DNA of 64,000 nt from Eledone cirrhosa (GCA_964016885.1 OZ024740.1:202740001-202804000), one strand, 5' to 3'; counted from the stretch's first letter, positions 1-19,135 are shown. Numbers and translations: made by a program. Notes: generated from the letters alone by a model not told the origin.

Positions 1-4207
<4,207 letters not shown>

Positions 4208-4307
4208 GTAATAATAATAAATTTGAAGACTAAAATCCAAAGAGGGCTCGATAAGGAAAATATATATCAAATATATAAGAACCGTAGAGCAAATATTTAT
4301 TAAAATA

Positions 4308-4383
4308 ACAGATTAAAGTTTAAGCAAAGAATCGCTGCTTTCACCCTTAACGGGATCTTCTGAAACTAACAAAGTCAATCTGT
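4308..4383 (-). ncRNA. hammerhead-like fold, family B (variant core)
   Basis: Reverse complement of the fold at 25058-25133. Confidence 0.6.
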
Positions 4384-5770
4384 AAACGCAGAACTGGATA
4401 TTTCAAAAAACGTTGCAACCGGAGGAAGACAGGAAGACGATACTTTGGTTCGTGGTAACGTTCGCTGGCAAAGAACGGGAAAAAACGAATAATACGTCAT
4501 TAATAGGAGCGGTGAAAAACAATTACATGCAAAGACAAAACCACGTTTATGGTATAAAAGAGGTCGTAGACTAATATTGTCTTAGGTGGTGCATAGAGAC
4601 GTTCTCTGGCAATGAACGAAAAACCGAAGATAAGTCATATGTGGAGCGTGGAGAACAATAGCACGCAAAGACAAAACCACGTAAATGGTATAGCAGAAAT
4701 CGTAGACTAAAATTCTAACTAGGAGACCAAATGAATCTCTGCTACAGAGTTAAGAACAAAGTAAATAAATACAATACAGAAGTAATAGAAACAAATAAAT
4801 ACATACATGCAAACAGATACGTACATATACAAGCATAAGCAAAACCTTACCATGGGTATACAAAACCACGCACATATAAATATGTGTGTGTATGCTTGTG
4901 TACAAATAATTATATAAACGTATATAAGTAAATAAATACGTATATAACAAGCGCACACGCATACCTACATATAAATACACGAATGTTCAGAGACGTAAGT
5001 CAACTAAAACAAGAAGTACACATATACACACACCCACCATACGTACGAACCTGCATACGTGAGTATGCAGTGTATGCAGGTTCGTACGTATGGTGGGTGT
5101 GTGTATATGTGTACTTCTTGTTTTAGTTGACTTACGTCTCCGAACCTTCATGTATTTATTTGTAGGTATGTGTGTGCGCTTGTTATATACGTATTTATAC
5201 GTATTTATTTACTTATATACGTTTATATAATTATTTATTTATTTGTACACAAGCATACTCACATACACATATTTATATGTGCGTGGTTTTGTATACCTAT
5301 GGTAAGGTTTTGCGTATGCTTGTGTATGTACGTATCTGTTTGCGTGTATGTATTTATTTGTTCCTATTACTTCTGTATTGTATTTATTTACTTTGTTCTT
5401 AACTGTGTAGCGGAGATTCATTCGGTCTCCTAGTTAGAATTTTAGTCTACGACTTCTGCTATACCATTTACATGTTTTTTTCTTTGCACGCTATTGTTCT
5501 CCACGCTCCACATATGACTTATTATCTTCGTTTTTTCGTTCATTGCCAGAGAACGTCTCTATGCACCACTTAGAGAACATTAGTCTACGACCTCTTTTAT
5601 ACCATAAATGTGGTTCTGTCTTTGCGCGTAATTGCTTTTCACCGCTCCTATTAATGACGTATTATTCGTTTTTTCCCGTTCTTTGCCAGCGAACGTCACC
5701 ATGAACCAAAGTATCGTCTTCCTGTCTTCCTCCGGTTGCAACGTTTTTTGAAATATCCAGTTCTGCGTTT

Positions 5771-5846
5771 ACAGATTGACTTTGTTAGTTTCAGAAGATC
5801 CTGTTAAGGGTGAAAGCAGCGATTCTTTGCTTAAACTTTAATCTGT
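5771..5846 (+). ncRNA. hammerhead-like fold, family B (variant core)
   Basis: CAGAAGA at 5792-5798, stem II TCCT/GGGT, GAAA, stem III AGCAG/TTGCT, bulged stem I. Confidence 0.6.
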
Positions 5847-5860
5847 TATTTTAATAAATA

Positions 5861-6116
5861 TATATTTATATTTATATATATTTATATTTATATATTTATA
5901 TATATATATTTATATATATAAATTTATATTAATATATATATATTATAATATATATTATATATATATTTATATATATTATATATATATTTATATATATATA
6001 TTATAATATATAATTATATATATATTTATATATATATATTATAATATATATTTATATATTTATATATATATTTATATATTTATATATATATATATTTATA
6101 TATATATATTTATATT

Positions 6117-6147
<31 letters not shown>

Positions 6148-6271
6148 ATATTTATATATATATTTATATATATATTTATATATATATTTATATATATATT
6201 TATATATATATTTATATATATATTTATATATATATTTATATATAGAGACTATATATATATTTATATATATA
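5861..6271. repeat. interrupted (TA)n array
   Basis: Direct inspection. Confidence 0.95.
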
Positions 6272-6837
6272 GACTGAGCATAAGAGGAATCAAATGCTGC
6301 GTGCAGGAGAGGCGGTTACGCTGGTATGGACATGTGATGCGTATGAAGGATGACAGCTGCATAAAAAGGTGCAGAGCACTAGAAGTTGATGGAAACCGCG
6401 GAGTGGGGAGACCCAAGATGACTTGGGATGAGGTGATAAAAGCCGACCTTACCCAACTACACCTCTCAAAGTCAATGACACACGACCGTGACTTCTGGCG
6501 TCACGCAGTAATACAGGGTACCCGACCTCCCATGGGTACATGCTGAAGCATATAAACAATATGCCCCCCCCCCACCCCCACCGCAAGGTGGCCGTGGAGG
6601 TGCCACGGCAAAAAAGCACCCAGCCCACACTGTAAAGTGGACGTGTAGGCGCCACGAAAAAGCACCCAGCACTCACTGTAAATGAGGTTGGTGTTAGGAA
6701 GGGCATCCAGCTGTAGAAATCAAGCCAGATCAGTTCCTGTATGAGCAAGGCATGGTCAGCCGACCAGACACTGCCCACAACAGGACAACCCGTCTAACCC
6801 AATCTAGCGTGGAAGAACGGACGTAAAACGGTGATCA

Positions 6838-6839
<2 letters not shown>
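6272..6839 (+). mobile_element. RTE LINE 3' end (ORF2 C-terminus plus 3' UTR)
   Basis: [35 protein letters not shown]. The UTR ends ggacgtaaaacggtgatcatga. Near-identical to the minus-strand copy at 25468-25812. Confidence 0.9.
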
Positions 6840-8050
<1,211 letters not shown>

Positions 8051-8182
8051 ATGCAAAAGTTCTATTTAAATTGTTGGGATACAACAAGCAAATATTTTTA
8101 TAACTGATATAAAGCAGTCAACAAGTATTTGGAGTAAAAATACGATATTAACAAATGGAAACTATATTTATAAAACCATATT

Positions 8183-8247
8183 TATTTTATTATACATATT
8201 TCAAAGATACCATGTTAAATTATGGTGTGCTTTCATCAGACAAAATA
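8183..8247 (-). ncRNA. minimal type I hammerhead ribozyme, family A
   Basis: Reverse complement reads TATTTTGT-CTGATGA-AAGCACACCA..TGGTATCTTT-GAAA-TATGTAT-A-ATAAAATA. Confidence 0.75.
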
Positions 8248-8456
8248 CAATATAGATCAGTTTTATAAATAAATATTGACATACCAGCATGGCCTCAGCC
8301 GGACGGCTGAAACAGGTACAAGAGTAAAAGAGTATACCATTAAAAAATGCAACCATTACTGTTGGAAGCTCCCGGATAGTATCCGGGAGCTTCCAACAGT
8401 TATGGTTGCATTTTTTAGGGTATGTCAATATTTATCTATAAAACTGATCTATATTG

Positions 8457-8519
8457 TATTTTGTCTGATGAAAGCACACCATAATTTAACGGTGTCTTTG
8501 AAATATGTATAATAAAATA
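8457..8519 (+). ncRNA. minimal type I hammerhead ribozyme, family A
   Basis: CTGATGA at 8465-8471, GAAA at 8500-8503, 8-bp stem I, ACACC/GGTGT stem II, AUA triplet, predicted cut after 8511. Confidence 0.8.
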
Positions 8520-8628
8520 AATATGGTTTTATAAATATAGTTTCCATTTGTTAATATATTGTGTATTTACTCCACATATAAAAATGTTTAAGCTTGTTGA
8601 ATCCCAACAAATTAAATATAACCTCTGC

Positions 8629-8630
<2 letters not shown>

Positions 8631-8689
<59 letters not shown>

Positions 8690-8714
8690 TGTGTCTGTGT
8701 CTGTGTCTGTGTCT

Positions 8715-8767
<53 letters not shown>
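8631..8767. repeat. (TG)n/(TGTCTG)n microsatellite
   Basis: Direct inspection. Confidence 0.95.
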
Positions 8768-8770
<3 letters not shown>

Positions 8771-9258
8771 ACACAGTTACATAGGAATGATAAAATATCT
8801 GCAAGTAGTGTACAGTTATAATAACAAAGGTGAATCATCAGATGAAACATAGTTAACAACATATAGAGAGGGGGGGGGGTGTTAGATATGAGAGGGGAGA
8901 GAGTATTAGTTACGAGATGAGGGAGGTGGTGTTATGAAAGAGAGGGAGAGAGTATTAGTTATGAGGAGAGGGAGGTGGTGTTATGAGAGAGAGAGGGGGA
9001 GATGTTATGTAATTTCTATATAAATTATCAGGTGTTTTGTTTTGTTCTTTTTTACAAGACAAAGGCCAGATGTTGCGTGAGTGTCACACTTATTCTGTAA
9101 ATATAGTTTCACTGAAGTGGAAACTATTATATGTATATATACATGTGTATGTGCGTGCATGCACACGTGTGTGCCTACATTTTATAGAAAGTATTATGAC
9201 GACATATAACTACATATATATAAGTAGACACGTATGCACAAATCCACAGGCTCTCATA

Positions 9259-9322
<64 letters not shown>

Positions 9323-10076
9323 CACACACACACACATAATCGTATATATATCATCATTATTTTACGTCTGTGTTTCATGGTGGCTTAGGTTGAACTGGTT
9401 GTCATTGACTGAGACATGACGGGTCAGAGAGACCTCGTCTTGCTTATATGTTCCATATTGAGCATGGTTTCTAGAGCTACATACCGTTCCTAATACCAAC
9501 CACCATACATATATATACATATATACCATCATCATCATCTTTTAACAACTATTTTCCGGTAAATGTGAATTTTTGTGTGAGTCCATATGCCTTTCTGAGT
9601 TCATAAGTATTACACTTAAGTACTAAAGTATACAAACAACAAAACCAAATATGTCTTTGTAAGTACATATTGTTCTCCTGCCACAAAAGAAATGTTGCCT
9701 TTTAATTATAAGTGATTGAGCACTTTTAAAATTGTGGCTAGGGAGTTGACAGAAAAAAAATTGTTTTATTTGTAAATCAGTACAGGTTTTGAATCATATC
9801 TAAGGTTCTGTTCCGGGCTGTTTCAATCATGCCTCAATTTATTATTAGTTCATATCCCATCTTTGCTAGTTTATGTTGAGGGCCACCATTTTGAAAAGAA
9901 TAAAGAGCATTGTATTAAATTCAGTAAACCAAAAGATGGAAATTCTGGTGTGAGTTTGTATCATTGGCATGTCAAAAATGCAGTTTCCTGTTTTCATACA
10001 TTTGTATACATTGGCAACTCCATTATGAAAGACGCACTCATACTTACATAAAGCATAATTTCTGCTAGTATACACA

Positions 10077-10121
<45 letters not shown>

Positions 10122-11370
10122 TTATAGAGAGAGAGAAAGAAAGAGAGAGAGAGACAAGCACCCAGCCCACACTGTAAAGTGGACGTGTAGGAGTCATGAT
10201 AAAAAGCACCCAGCCAACACTGAAAAGTGGTTGGCATTGGGAAGGACATCCAGCCATAGAAACAGTTCTATATGAGTAAAGACACAGTCACCTGACCCAA
10301 CTTGCTTCAAATGGGATAACCTGTCTAACCTATGGACGTTAAATGATATGTGTGTGTGTGTGTGTATTATATACAGGTACACAAAGCTGGTGTACCTGTA
10401 GTGTAAAATATCTGTCACACTGTGGAAAGGAGATAGTAAGGTTTGCAAAAAAAAGCAAGAGAGAGAGAGAGAGAGAGAGAGAGGGTGGCAGCAATGGTCA
10501 AACTAAAAAAGGAATTACTTTTATAAAATTTTTTGTTTATCTTTACGTTATGAATTAGTAAAATACTAGTAGAAAAACCAGCCTTAGGGTGGTTTTCTGC
10601 TAGCATGTGTAGTGTGTATATTGATATTATATGCAAGTATATATGCATGTAGATATGATACATCAAATAAAATCGTAATTGACAATATACACAGAAATTG
10701 AACGAAGACTGTGTTACACTCTCTTATGTAATCAGTAACGGAATCCATGATACATTAAAAAAGACGATATTATATATAAACTGCATTAGGAGAAAATTAG
10801 TGACAGAAAATTAATTTGTTTATGTAAGTGATAGCCACCGGAAGTGTTGACATTTGAAAATTTTAAAGAAGTGAATCTTTAAATAAGTAATAAAATATAT
10901 TTAATGAACAGCCACGAAATTTAGTAGATAAATTATGTAATATTCCTTCATTATTTATTCAAAATAATCCAACTTATTTTACTAATGGGATGAAAAATTA
11001 TAAAAACGTACGCAACCTTGCGCTTCTTACTTTATTATAGTTTAGATTCAATTTTGGTAATCTTAGTCATTTGTTAAATTTATTTGATATAGTTTGCTGT
11101 TTGTATACATGTAATTAAGTACTGTATATATTATTTGTGTGTGTATATAAATAGTTCAAATACCATATTTATCTAAAGTACTTGGTGGTTGTTTGTAATT
11201 AAACCATGCAATCTCCACACGGCTGGCTGGTAAACAGAAAATTCAGATGAAGAAAAATTGATTGAATCTCATCAAAAATGTCAAAATGTCCAGAAAAAAT
11301 ATTTAACATTCACTAACAATTCTACACTCCCTTCTGTTTCCTGAACTCTATCACTGCCATTTCTGTTTCA

Positions 11371-11406
<36 letters not shown>

Positions 11407-12259
11407 TCAAAATAGGGGATGCACAGGACAAAGACAAAGGAAAAAACAAAGGAAATATGGACAGTCCCAAACTCCCAGAAACTACTACGACCTCGGTGTA
11501 CCAAGGTTGATACCATTCATTCCAGTACACACCAAATACAATAAAACAGACAGAGACAAGTTATGCTTTTAGGTGAACTTGGGACTGCTTGTTATCTTCA
11601 CCGCTTGCCTGATGACATATAGTTGGACTATAATAAAACTTTATGGCCAATGCAGGAATATGTTTCGAAACCTAAGGTAGCAATTAACTGTGTCAAGTAG
11701 ACGTTAATAATGTATATATATGTGTGTGTATATATATATCATCATCATTGTTTAACGTGTGTGTATATCATCATTTCATATTTTCATTTTACGTCCACTT
11801 TTTCCTTGCTTGCAAGGGTTGGACGGGAACTGATTCTGGCTTGATTTCTACAGCTGGATGCTCTTCCTAACACCAACCTCATTTACAGTGAGTGCTGGGT
11901 GCTTTTTTGCTGTGGCACCTCCACGACCACTTTGCAGTGGAATGATATGGACGCCAGTCCCTATCATCTCATTTCTACAGCTGAGTAAACTGGAGCAATG
12001 TGAAATAATGTGTCTTGCTCAAGGAAAACAACACATCACCCGGTCTGAGAATTGAACTCACAACCTTTTGATTGCAAGGCCAATGCTCTAACCACTAAGC
12101 CATGTGCCTCCATATATATAAATATATATATTGATGGACCTCATTGGTTTCAATGAGTGTTCCAGTGGTTAGATCAACAGAACAGCCAGCTCATGAAATT
12201 AATGTGTAAATGGCTGAGCATCCACAGACATATGTACTCTGGCCTTTGCATTTATTATT

Positions 12260-12296
<37 letters not shown>

Positions 12297-12639
12297 CCAC
12301 ACATATATATATATATTAACTTTGATATGTTTTGGCAGTATTGGCCCAGGCCATATCTAACATAATAGCACCACCTGGCAAAGTCTTTCAAATCATGATT
12401 TGGTCACCATGGCCCACTCAAGTAAAAGAGTTATTATAGGGAGTTTATTCTAGATAAACCCCCTACACCCAGATATTGACATATTCAGGTGTAGGGGGTT
12501 TAACTGTAATTTCTTTGAAAAATTTCTACAAATAATTTTTGAATTTTATAGGATCTGTTGCTGTTTTTATGTAGGGAGGGAGAAGATGGCAAGGTGGGAA
12601 AGGTAAATATAGGGGTTTCAACGATGATGCACAAGGAAA

Positions 12640-12885
12640 TAAGTATAGTGGTTTTTAATAAGATGTATAAGGTAAATATAGGGTCTTTAACAAGATATAT
12701 CAATATATCAGGTAAGTATAGAGGTTTTAACAAGCAGTACAAGGTAAGTATAGGGGTATTAACAAGCAGTACAAGGTAAGTATAGGGGTTTTAACAAGCA
12801 GTACAAGGTAAATATAGGGGTTTTATCAAGCAGTACAAGGTAAGTATAGGGGTTTTAACAAGCAGTACAAGGTAGGGATTTTAAC
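12640..12885. repeat. 32-bp minisatellite
   Basis: caagcagtacaaggtaagtataggggttttaa at 12731, 12763, 12795, 12827 and 12859, plus degenerate copies. Confidence 0.9.
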
Positions 12886-13064
12886 AAAAATACCGTGAAA
12901 TAATTCAAGGTCAAAACTAACAAGATAAAGAAAGAGAAAACAAGAGGCTAAGATGAAAAGAGAGAGATATAGAGTGAAGGTGAGAAAGAAAAAGAGAGAG
13001 TGAGGGAAATAGATAGATAGGTAGAGAGAAGGAAATAGATAAAGAGTGAGAACAAGAAAGTGTT

Positions 13065-13303
13065 TAACCCTGAACTTTAGCATTTAAACCAGCCATATCC
13101 GGCCAGAATTCTCTCACTTCTTTCTGTTCAAATCAGCCATAACTGGCCACCCATATTAATGTTAAGGTATTGTTCTTAAAATAAATAACATCAAAATCTT
13201 ATAGATTTGATATTTTACCATGAAAATACAATCTTATAGATTTGATATTTTACCATGAAAATACAATAGTAAATATAGAGTAATGTAAATGCTAAAGGGT
13301 TAA
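13065..13303 (+). mobile_element. piggyBac-type MITE
   Basis: TTAA-CCC..tttagcattt and aaatgctaaaGGG-TTAA termini; internal tandem duplication; related copies at 27041-27256 and 31990-32165. Confidence 0.7.
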
Positions 13304-13602
13304 TCAGAAAAGACACAATAAACACGACAAGAGAGGAAAGAGGAACTAAACGAAGAAGAGATAATTAGTTTGAAGTAATTGATAGGAAGGCTGAGGGGTG
13401 TAATAAATGACACATTGGTGATAGGTAATCAACAGAGAAGAAATGTCAAAATAATCAACATTAGTGGCTAATTATTTACAGATATGTGGTAGAGGATTTC
13501 TGTTTTTTACTTTGTTATATATCAATGTCATTCAAGAGTCATCATCATTATCAACATCACCTACTTCATCTTCATCATCATTATTTTCATCCATTTTCAT
13601 CC

Positions 13603-13795
13603 AGGCGGTGGATTGGCAGTATCGGTAGAGGGTCGGATACTATGCTTTGACGCATACAACTATGGTCCTTTACGGAATGAGTTCAAATCCTGCCGAGGTT
13701 AACTTTGCCTTTCATCCTTACGGAGTCGATAAAATAAAGTACCAGTAATGCACTGGGATAATTGCTGGCCTTGTACCAAAAAGTAGAAACGATTA
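13603..13795 (+). mobile_element. tRNA-derived SINE with Nin/Deu-like core
   Basis: A-box-like tggcagtatcgg, B-box gagttcaaatcc, core ctttcatccttacggagtcgataaaataaagtacc. Further copies lie near 15021, 16090, 17130, 20194(-), 31772, 32945, 37793, 39077(-), 48980, 50668, 60639(-) and 61445(-). Confidence 0.85.
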
Positions 13796-14342
13796 TTTTC
13801 ATCCATTTTCCATGCTTGCATCTGTTGTACAGCATTTCTCCACTTGTTTCTTTCATTTGTCATCATCTTTGTGGGATCAGCTTTCATCATCTCTGCCCAC
13901 ATATATCTTGGTCATCTGTCATTCAGCAGCTTCCTTCCAGTTGTAATTCCTAACACTTCTTCAACCAACAATCACCATCCACATACAACACGTCTGTACC
14001 AGTGCAACCATCTCTCCAGCGCACTTCACCTGATTGCTGTTATGCCCAAATGTTTCTTTCTTCTCAGCTCACCCATGTTTCATTGTTTACACACACTAAC
14101 ATTGTACATCCAACAGAGCATGCTCAATGTCTATAACTGTTTACAGAGATGGTAAAGTTTATCATAAAACCTATAGCAGTGGAAACCCTGGGTGATTTAG
14201 GTTCCTGAACCACCTCCCTAATCCCTGTGATTGAGATAAAGATGATCATCTACAAAATGAGTTCTGTAAGTTGAACTGGCAATTTCAGCAACTCTCCCTC
14301 ATAATTCTATGCCATAGGATAACAAACCCTATATCTGATGGT

Positions 14343-14800
14343 TCACAGAGGACTTGATGACGACGATGGTTATAGTAATGGCGATAGTTGCGGCAATGGT
14401 AGCTATGGTGATAACGATGGTGATGGTAATGGTGATGGTGATGGTGACGATGATGATGGCGATAACTATCAAAACAAAAATACATTTTATTTTGTAAGAA
14501 TGTGTAAAGTAAAAATATAATCCTGTTAACCAGATCATCTTAGGATAAAAAGGTGGTGATGATAGTTGTGGTGGTGGTAATGGTGGCAGTGATAGTTGTG
14601 GTGATGTTAAAATTGATGGTGCTGGTGTTAATGTTGATGGTGATGTTAATGTTGATGATAGTGATGGTGGTGGTGATAGTAGTGGTGGTGTTAATGTTGG
14701 TGGTGATAGTAGTGGTGGTGTTAATGTTGGTGGTGATAGTGGTGGTGGTGTTAATGTTGATGGTGGCAGTCATGAGGATGTTAATGATGACGATAATGGC
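14343..14800. repeat. (GAT)/(GGT)-rich low-complexity tracts
   Basis: Direct inspection. Confidence 0.85.
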
Positions 14801-15376
14801 AATTACTGTGTGAAATAACAAATACAATGAATGTAATTTAAGAACAAAAGAAAATATAAGCAAGTACAGGTGATGACAATTGTATTATCAACATTATAAA
14901 AATGAAACATTAATAAACAAAACAAACAGAAAAGATTAGAAATAAATTGTTGTTTACCAATAGAATTACCAATAGAGATAATAAAGAATCCTTTAATCCT
15001 CTGCCATTTATTATCATTATCTTGGCAGTATCAGTAGAGGGTCGGACAACATGCTTTGTAGCACAGAATTACGCCCCTTTCTGATCTGAGTTCAAATCCT
15101 GCTGAGGTTAACTTTGCCTTTCATCCTTACGGGGTCCATAAAATAAAGTACCAGTAATGCACTGGATAATTGCTGGCCTTGTGCCAAAAGTAGAAACAAT
15201 TATCAACATCGTTTTAGCATCAGCTTTTCCTGCTAGCAAGGGTTGGATGGGTCTACATAGACCAAATCAGTACAGAAGCAATGGCTACTGATCTCCCAGG
15301 AAGGCAAGGATCTGTTGTCTCACTTATATACAGTCTCACATTCTACTGAGTGCACAGGAGGCATCATACTGTCTAC

Positions 15377-16025
15377 ACTTTACTCTGAGAGAAAAACATT
15401 TTGTTGTTAGTAGTGATAATAGATCTCTAAACCTCTTCCAGCCTGTTCTTATCCTAGCTATCACACCTTCGATACATCCTCCCCTCACTGCTAATTTGAT
15501 CACCTAGGTAGCAAAAGCTCTCAACAACTTCTATGGAGTACCCTGGCAGCTGAAGGAATCTATTTCATGTGTGCCTTCACTATAAAAAGCTTTTCACACA
15601 GGCATCACTTGATATTGTATTATCTTTGAATGATGTGAATGACAGTATTCAGGGCAACAAGAAGCTGTCGATTGATCCCATACTCCTGCAGAACATTTCA
15701 CAACAGGTCCTTTGGAACATAGTCGTACACCTTGAAAAGGTCTACGAAACCAGCATACACCTCTTGGCAATAGTCATACAATTTCTTGAAGACCTGCCCC
15801 AGTCTGAATATTTGGTTAGCTGTGTCTGGGGTGAAAACCCTACTCTACATCAACTAGCTTGGACTCAACTATATCCCTACATCTCTTTTCCAGACATTTA
15901 GTATAGACTTTACTGGGAAAGCTCAACAAGGAGATCCCACTAAAATTAGAACAGTCTCTCTTGTCTCCCTTTTTGAAAATTGGGATTATCACTCCTGATT
16001 GCCATTGTTTAGGTGTATTTCTAGA
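15377..16025 (-). pseudogene. degenerate RTE-type LINE RT fragment
   Basis: WQSGVIIPIFKKGDKRDCSNFSGISLLSFPSKVYTKCLE, followed by frameshifted RT motifs. Confidence 0.8.
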
Positions 16026-16409
16026 GATCCATTTATTTTCTTTAAGACATAAGTATAATACTTGCTGAAGGCAGAAAACCATGAGGACATATGCACAGGA
16101 ATTCAGATTTGTAGACAGTCATTACGGTGTCAAACAAATGCTTTGTGGCATTTAGTTATAGATCTTTACATTCTGAGTTCAAATCCCACTGAGTTCAACT
16201 TTGCCTTTCATGCTTCTAGGGTCGATAAAATAAAGCACCACTGAATTACTGTTGACCTTGTGCAATTTATGTCTACCAAATTCACTAAGAAGGCTTTGGT
16301 CAGCTTAGCGCTATAGTAGAAGACAAACCAAGGTTCCACACAGTGGGACTGAACATGAAACCATATGGTTCCAAGGCAAACTTCTGAACCATATAATCAT
16401 GCTTGCACC

Positions 16410-16467
<58 letters not shown>

Positions 16468-17859
16468 ACCATGCATGTGTTTGCCAGAAGTTGTATAAGC
16501 AGTGATAACAAAAGCTCAAGTGGAAGACATTTTATGTAAATACTGTAATTTTTATAAAATAAAAACTAAAAATATTTGTTATATATAAAAATAAATCAAA
16601 TGTTTAAAATGTGCTCAGTCTACTGCCAAACATATTTGCAATATTTTCAGTTTGGATTGGCAAGTTGTGAGACAAAAATATCACAAATATCAGCAGTGAA
16701 GTGCTGAAAGAAAATAAAGATTGCATAGTCACAGCTGGAAGATCTTTGATAATATGTCTGTCTGATAAGGTTGACCTGGGACTAAACAACAACAACTCTA
16801 CACTAAAGTGCAGTATACTACAACAAACCAATGATTGGGACTCAAGTTAATCCCTCAACCAGTTAGAAATAACTGTCAAACCTACTTCAAACATAAAGGA
16901 CACATTAAATATGTAGACCAAGACAGATTATATCTGAATAAAATATATAGGCAAACAAATTTAATTGCTTATTACAAATTAACCCTTTTGAGGACCAGAT
17001 TATAGTTGTGTGTATTTCATCATCTTCATCATCACTGTTTAACATCCTTTTTTCCACATTAGCATGGGTTAGACGAGTTGTCTCATTTGAGACAAGTCAA
17101 ATCAGGTGTCTTGCTGATGGATGGATGGATCAAATCCCGCCGAGGTTAACTTTGCTTTTCATCCTTACGGGGTCGATAAAATAAAGTCCTAGTAATACAC
17201 TGGATAATTGCTGGCCTTGTGCCAAACGTAGAAACAAGGATGGATGGATAGATAGATAGATAGATCTTGTACAGTTTTATTTGCACTAGTATCCTCAACT
17301 TGGTTATTATAGTCCCAACCTTTTGGCTATTGCACTCTCCATTCTTTTACAGGTGCCTGTTGTATTTGGTTGTGTTCTGTGTGTGTATGTATTGGTTACT
17401 GATAGGAGGGGCATCCAGCCACTGAAAACATGCCAAACAAAGGGTTGAGAGGATTCTTCAGATATGACAACCTCCCTATGTATTGGTGATCTACCTAATA
17501 AATGCACCTACTACACTACACTCTGTAAAGTGGTTGATGATACTTAGTAGAACATGGGATTGTATGCTGGGCTTTTGGCCCACATAAAGGGCTGTTAATC
17601 CACTTGAATATTGACTGGTCTCTGAGGACACATTCAGCACTTACTACCAGGGAAAATAGATGTTAAATGATAATGATGACAATGATGATACATAAATATA
17701 GGAAGCAGCTTTTCTTTCAAACATTATACTAAAACTAGAGCACAACCATGTTTTCAACACACACAGATATACATACACAGAGTGTAATGTCAACAATGAA
17801 AAATAGTGAAAACAGGGAGAGCAATTACAAAAAGTGTTATTAGATTAATACTTGTATGA

Positions 17860-18210
17860 AATGGAAAAAGAAAAGATATGTCATCAATGTATCGGATAAT
17901 AGTCCTTCATCAAAACAGAAATGAAGCTAGCACGACAGTGAGCATCCAGAAAATAGCTAACTCTATCCACCAGAGCATTCAGGTAACAGATCACCCCACT
18001 AAGCACCCCAACCACAGATTACCCATGTTAGACACAGAACTCTGAATGGAAAATAGAAATGATAAAGCCCAAATCCTCCATTCACATACCAAACCCATGG
18101 CCTCAAAGTACCTGATCCACCTAAACTCAGCTATCTCAGTTAGTGCTAAGTTTAATATCTTGATAGCAGACCTGGTAAGGCTGATGAGAAATAATATTGC
18201 ACACATGCAT
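17860..18210 (+). pseudogene. degenerate Penelope-like RT fragment (palm end and thumb)
   Basis: From 17944: IQKIANSIHQSIQVTDHPTKHPNHRLPMLDTEL*MEN..HTKPMASKYLIHLNSA..KFNILIADLVRLMRN. Upstream KRYV(IN) looks like a decayed RYVDD motif. Confidence 0.65.
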
Positions 18211-18875
18211 AGATCCACCAATAGAGTAAATATTTGTACATATGGACAAAGAGACAGGTCTAAAATGCCACTAGAAATAGCAGTCAATAAAGGCTGTCTA
18301 TCAACTTACCATTTAGGGAGCAGTATTTAATTTACATAATTAAAATTGTCAAATTTTTAATTATACTATATATATATATAGTATAATTAAAAGAGAGAGA
18401 GAGAGAGATGGTTTAATCCTAACAGAAGACCTCTCCATACTTTGGCTGGCTATCAGACTCACTTCAAAATAGTTTGGGGGCGAGTGAGTTTTGTAGCGAG
18501 ATGAAATGAAGAGGCCCCTCTGTTCAACAACAACCTACATGTTATATTTATAATCAGTAAGTATGACATGACCTCACCTAATTTTTCATCAACATCATCA
18601 TCATCCACATTATCATAATTTAATGTCTGTTCTCCCCACTAGCAAGTGTTGGACTGATAAGTGATGATGTCAGATTCAAATATAAATTAAATGCTGCAGA
18701 AATTCTGCTGGAATGGATGAGGATTTTCATGGTTTATGGTTTATATAGCAAAATCAAAACAAAAATTGGCAGGCATTAGAATATCAGTTAGAATGATTTG
18801 TGGTATTCATTCCAGCTCTCTCAGATCAAATCCTGCTGCAGTCAACATTGTAGTGGTGGTGGAGGTGGTGGTGAT

Positions 18876-19135
18876 CATCATCATCATCGTTTAATGTCCA
18901 TTTTCCATGCTAGCATGGAATAGACGGGTTGTCCCATTAGAGGCAAGTTGGGTCAGGTGACTGTCTTGCACATAGGACTGCTTCAGGTTAGATGCCCTTC
19001 CTAATGCCAGCCATATTTACAGTGTTGGCTGGGTGCTTTTTGTTGTGTCTCCTACACAACCACTTTACAGTGTTGGCTGGGTGCTTTTAACCATGAATCC
19101 TACACAACCACCGTACAGTGTGGACTGGTGGTTGT
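18876..19135 (-). mobile_element. RTE 3'-UTR-derived repeat with (TGA)n tail
   Basis: catcatcgtttaatgtcc..gctagcatgg..gatgcccttcctaatgcc. Many similar copies, e.g. near 9345, 10155, 11786, 17025, 20750, 28230 and 30680. Confidence 0.75.

Larger units (their letters stand above)
4207..5860 (-). mobile_element. Penelope-like element remnant: two pseudo-LTR copies joined head-to-head (palindrome, centre ~5059-5071)
   Basis: ~4292-5058 is the reverse complement of ~5072-5860. Both arms match the 3' pLTR of the element at 22601-25233. Only the left arm carries the ~90-nt terminal tail. Confidence 0.9.
8051..8630. mobile_element. ~580 bp imperfect palindrome carrying two divergent hammerheads (family A; PLE pLTR- or retrozyme-like)
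   Basis: Centre cccggata-g-tatccggg at 8379. The arms match out to atgcaaaag.. and ..ctctgcat, and (TA)n flanks both sides. Confidence 0.85.

Noticed and set aside
18043-18045. In-frame TGA in the PLE RT relic as a possible selenocysteine codon
   Set aside because: It falls where Trp is expected after the LPxLD motif (TGG>TGA), the copy is otherwise decayed, and I saw no SECIS.
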